From NCBI GenBank assembly GCA_965208325.1, contig OZ242326.1, positions 2,880,001 through 2,944,000 on the forward strand: a stretch of DNA of 64,000 bases. The letters run 5' to 3'. The position numbers were made by a program, and so were the translations under genes. The stretch comes from Candidatus Poribacteria bacterium. GTDB lineage: Bacteria; Poribacteria; WGA-4E; PCPOR2b. The notes beneath the pieces are model-generated. The model was not told where the DNA came from, made no database searches, and saw only the letters and a program-made list of their open reading frames with translations. Each line of letters opens with the position of its first letter. Positions within the stretch are counted from its first letter, which is position 1. Below, piece after piece: positions 61,270-64,000 of this stretch.

Positions 61270-62817
61270 ATGAGGACAATGAACCGTGACACCATTGTCG
61301 TTTTAGATTTTGGATCGCAGTATACGCAGTTGATTGCCAGGCGCATTCGTGAACAAGAGGTGTACTGTGAAATTCATCCATACTATACCTCCGCCGATCA
61401 GTTAGCCTCAATGCAGCCTAAGGGAATAGTCTTATCCGGCGGCCCCTCGAGCGTTTACGCGTCGGATGCGCCCCTTCCCGATTCCGGGATTTTTGCGCTT
61501 GGTGTTCCGATTCTAGGCATATGTTACGGCATGCAGCTCGTCGCACACCTGTCAAATGGCGGTGTGGTGCACCCCGCCGATGAACGTGAATACGGTTCGG
61601 CGGAACTGGTCGTTGATTTGCCGATTCCGCTGTTCGCAAATCTGCGGGGCGAGGTGAACGTGTGGATGAGTCACGGCGATCGAATCGAGGTGCTGCCGCA
61701 AGGATTCCTCCAGATCGCACACACACGCAACTCGCCAATCGCGGCGATGGGCGATATAGACCGGGATATCTACGGGTTGCAGTTCCATCCCGAGGTCGTT
61801 CACACAAAGGACAATAACCAGATTCTCTCGAACTTTGTCTTTGAAATCTGTGAGTGCAGCAAAGGATGGACCATGAAATCCTTTGTCGCCGAGGCAACAG
61901 AAAAAATCCAAAAGCAGATACAAGGCCACCGCGTCTTATGCGCCGTGAGCGGCGGCGTTGACTCAACCGTCCTTGCAGTTTTGCTCCGGCGCGCTATCGG
62001 CGAAGCGCTCGTTTGCGTGTTCGTTAACAACGGCTTGTTGCGAAAAAATGAAGCGGAAGGCGTGATTGAAGATTTTCACCAGCTTGGAATCGAAGTGCAC
62101 TGCATCGACGCTACAGATCGATTCCTGAATTGCCTCGCCAACGTTGACAGTCCAGAGGAAAAACGCAAGCGAATCGGGAACCAGTTTATCGAAGTTTTTC
62201 GAGACGAGTTGGGGACGTTAGGGGCGATTGACCACCTTGCGCAGGGCACCCTCTACCCCGATGTAATCGAAAGTGTGTCCGTCAAAGGGCCGTCTGCAAC
62301 CATAAAGACGCACCATAACGTTGGCGGATTGCCCAAAGATTTACCCTTCAAACTCGTCGAACCGTTCCGAGATTTGTTCAAAGACGAAGTCCGCGCAGTA
62401 GGCATCGAGTTAGGCATCCCGAAACCGATTCTTGGGCGGCATCCTTTTCCAGGTCCCGGTTTAGCTGTCCGGGTTATCGGCGCTGTTACCCAAGAGCGGC
62501 TAGATATTCTCCGTGAAGCGGACGAAATCTTCATCGCAGAAATTAAGAAAGCTGGGTTGTATAATGAGATTTGGCAAGCGCTGGCGGTGCTGCTGCCAGT
62601 TAAGAGTGTCGGAGTGATGGGAGATGAGCGAACCTACGAAAACGTGGTCGCGCTCCGCGCTGTCACCAGCACCGATGCCATGACCGCGGATTGGGCGCGC
62701 ATTCCTGACGGCGTACTAGCGGTAATCTCCAATCGTATCATCAACGAAGTGCAAGGCATTAACCGCGTCGTTTACGATATTAGCTCAAAACCGCCTAGCA
62801 CCATTGAATGGGAGTAA
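61270..62817 (+). CDS. guaA: GMP synthase (glutamine-hydrolysing)
   Basis: [34 protein letters not shown]. Confidence 0.98.
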   Translation: MRTMNRDTIVVLDFGSQYTQLIARRIREQEVYCEIHPYYTSADQLASMQPKGIVLSGGPSSVYASDAPLPDSGIFALGVPILGICYGMQLVAHLSNGGVVHPADEREYGSAELVVDLPIPLFANLRGEVNVWMSHGDRIEVLPQGFLQIAHTRNSPIAAMGDIDRDIYGLQFHPEVVHTKDNNQILSNFVFEICECSKGWTMKSFVAEATEKIQKQIQGHRVLCAVSGGVDSTVLAVLLRRAIGEALVCVFVNNGLLRKNEAEGVIEDFHQLGIEVHCIDATDRFLNCLANVDSPEEKRKRIGNQFIEVFRDELGTLGAIDHLAQGTLYPDVIESVSVKGPSATIKTHHNVGGLPKDLPFKLVEPFRDLFKDEVRAVGIELGIPKPILGRHPFPGPGLAVRVIGAVTQERLDILREADEIFIAEIKKAGLYNEIWQALAVLLPVKSVGVMGDERTYENVVALRAVTSTDAMTADWARIPDGVLAVISNRIINEVQGINRVVYDISSKPPSTIEWE

Positions 62818-62971
62818 GCTCTAGCCCAAGTGATTCTGTTGCTTCTCAACATGGACACATCTTGGGTATATTCACGTCGATCCGGCAAGGTGGGAATAGT
62901 AGATTCATCTTGAAATAACCACATTTTCAACCCCCTAAATCCCCCTTATCAGGGGGACTCTTGAACTTATA

Positions 62972-64000
62972 ATGACCGATCTCCTTGAATCCCTGAATTC
63001 AGTTCAACGCAAAGCGGTCCAACATACCGAAGGTCCTCTGCTGCTATTGTCAGGCGCAGGCAGCGGCAAAACCCGAGTGATTACCCACCGAATTGCCTAC
63101 CTCATCCGTCAACGCAAAATTTCACCGTTTAATATTCTTGCCGTAACCTTCACCAATAAAGCTGCCGCAGAGATGAAAGCGCGTCTTGAGAATCTAATTG
63201 GCCCCGACAGTCAATCCGTGTGGGCAGCGACCTTCCATTCAACCTGTGCACGGATTCTCCGCAAGGACATTGAACGGCTCGGCTATTCCCGCTACTTCAC
63301 GATTTACGATACCGTTGATCAGCTTACGCTGGTTAAAGATATACTCAAGCAACTCCAACTCCGTGAGAGCGATGTTCATCCAAGGGCTGCCCTCAGCGCC
63401 ATAAGCAACGCCAAGAACGAACTCACTACCTCTGAAATGTACGCAACGGCAGTCAGCGATTACATTGAAGAACGCATCGCACAGATTTACCGCATGTACC
63501 AAGACCGGCTTCGAGAAAACAACGCCCTCGATTTTGACGACCTTATCATGCTAACCGTCGTGCTGTTTGAATCGCACTCGGACGTCCTAGAGTACTATCA
63601 GAGCAAATTTCGATATATCCTCATTGATGAGTATCAGGACACAAACCACAGCCAGTATCGACTGATGCATGCGTTGGCGAAAAAGCATCACAACATCTGC
63701 GCCGTAGGCGACGACGATCAGTCGATATACTCGTGGAGAGGCGCTGACATCAACAACATCCTCGACTTCGAGCGGGACTATCCGAATGCCGCCGTTCTCC
63801 GCTTAGAGCAAAACTACCGTTCCACACAAAATATTCTCGAAGCCGCCTATGAAGTTGTCCGGAACAATCAGATGCGAACCGAGAAAAAACTCTGGACGCA
63901 GAACAAGATGGGCGAGTGCATCCGCTGCTTTCAGGCACAGGACGAGAACGAGGAGGCGGACGTAGTGCTGCGGGAGATTGAGCGCTGGCGGGAGAAAGGC
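62972..64000 (+). CDS. pcrA: PcrA/UvrD SF1 helicase, 3'-truncated by the window (missing from the ORF track)
   Basis: MTDLLESLN..Q..AV..TEGPLLLLSGAGSGKT, TFTNKAA, DEYQD, VGDDDQSIY, LEQNYRST. Confidence 0.93.
   Translation, partial: MTDLLESLNSVQRKAVQHTEGPLLLLSGAGSGKTRVITHRIAYLIRQRKISPFNILAVTFTNKAAAEMKARLENLIGPDSQSVWAATFHSTCARILRKDIERLGYSRYFTIYDTVDQLTLVKDILKQLQLRESDVHPRAALSAISNAKNELTTSEMYATAVSDYIEERIAQIYRMYQDRLRENNALDFDDLIMLTVVLFESHSDVLEYYQSKFRYILIDEYQDTNHSQYRLMHALAKKHHNICAVGDDDQSIYSWRGADINNILDFERDYPNAAVLRLEQNYRSTQNILEAAYEVVRNNQMRTEKKLWTQNKMGECIRCFQAQDENEEADVVLREIERWREKG

Overview
Bacterial chromosome segment. The gene content (secreted proteins ending in an 'NYPNPFNPETWIPY' FlgD-Ig/T9SS-like domain with LRR, YWTD, WD40 or dockerin modules, plus a PorV-like protein) fits Candidatus Poribacteria, which is my inference. 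The right end (~49-64 kb) is ordinary: PorV-like gene and partner, a TPP riboswitch upstream of thiC-thiO-thiS, guaA, and a pcrA/uvrD gene that runs off the window. The left ~48 kb is accessory, almost all on the minus strand, and rich in REP-like repeats, pseudogenes and a herA-nurA pair. The main unexplained signal is a shared non-coding scaffold. A ~690-bp module occurs twice (10513-11203, 36300-36994) with a sigma54-type promoter, enhancer-like palindromes, a structured leader and a 23-bp end that abuts cut-off coding sequence; an inverted copy of that end lies at 656-678. Each module heads a co-oriented gene array punctuated by a family of ~20 stem-loops (TATGRC...GYCRCC). The two arrays keep homologous non-coding units in the same order but carry different genes. 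Four 27-28 bp dif-like palindromes also precede small ORFs. Together this suggests an integron-like cassette or gene-capture platform, but no recombinase is visible in this window.
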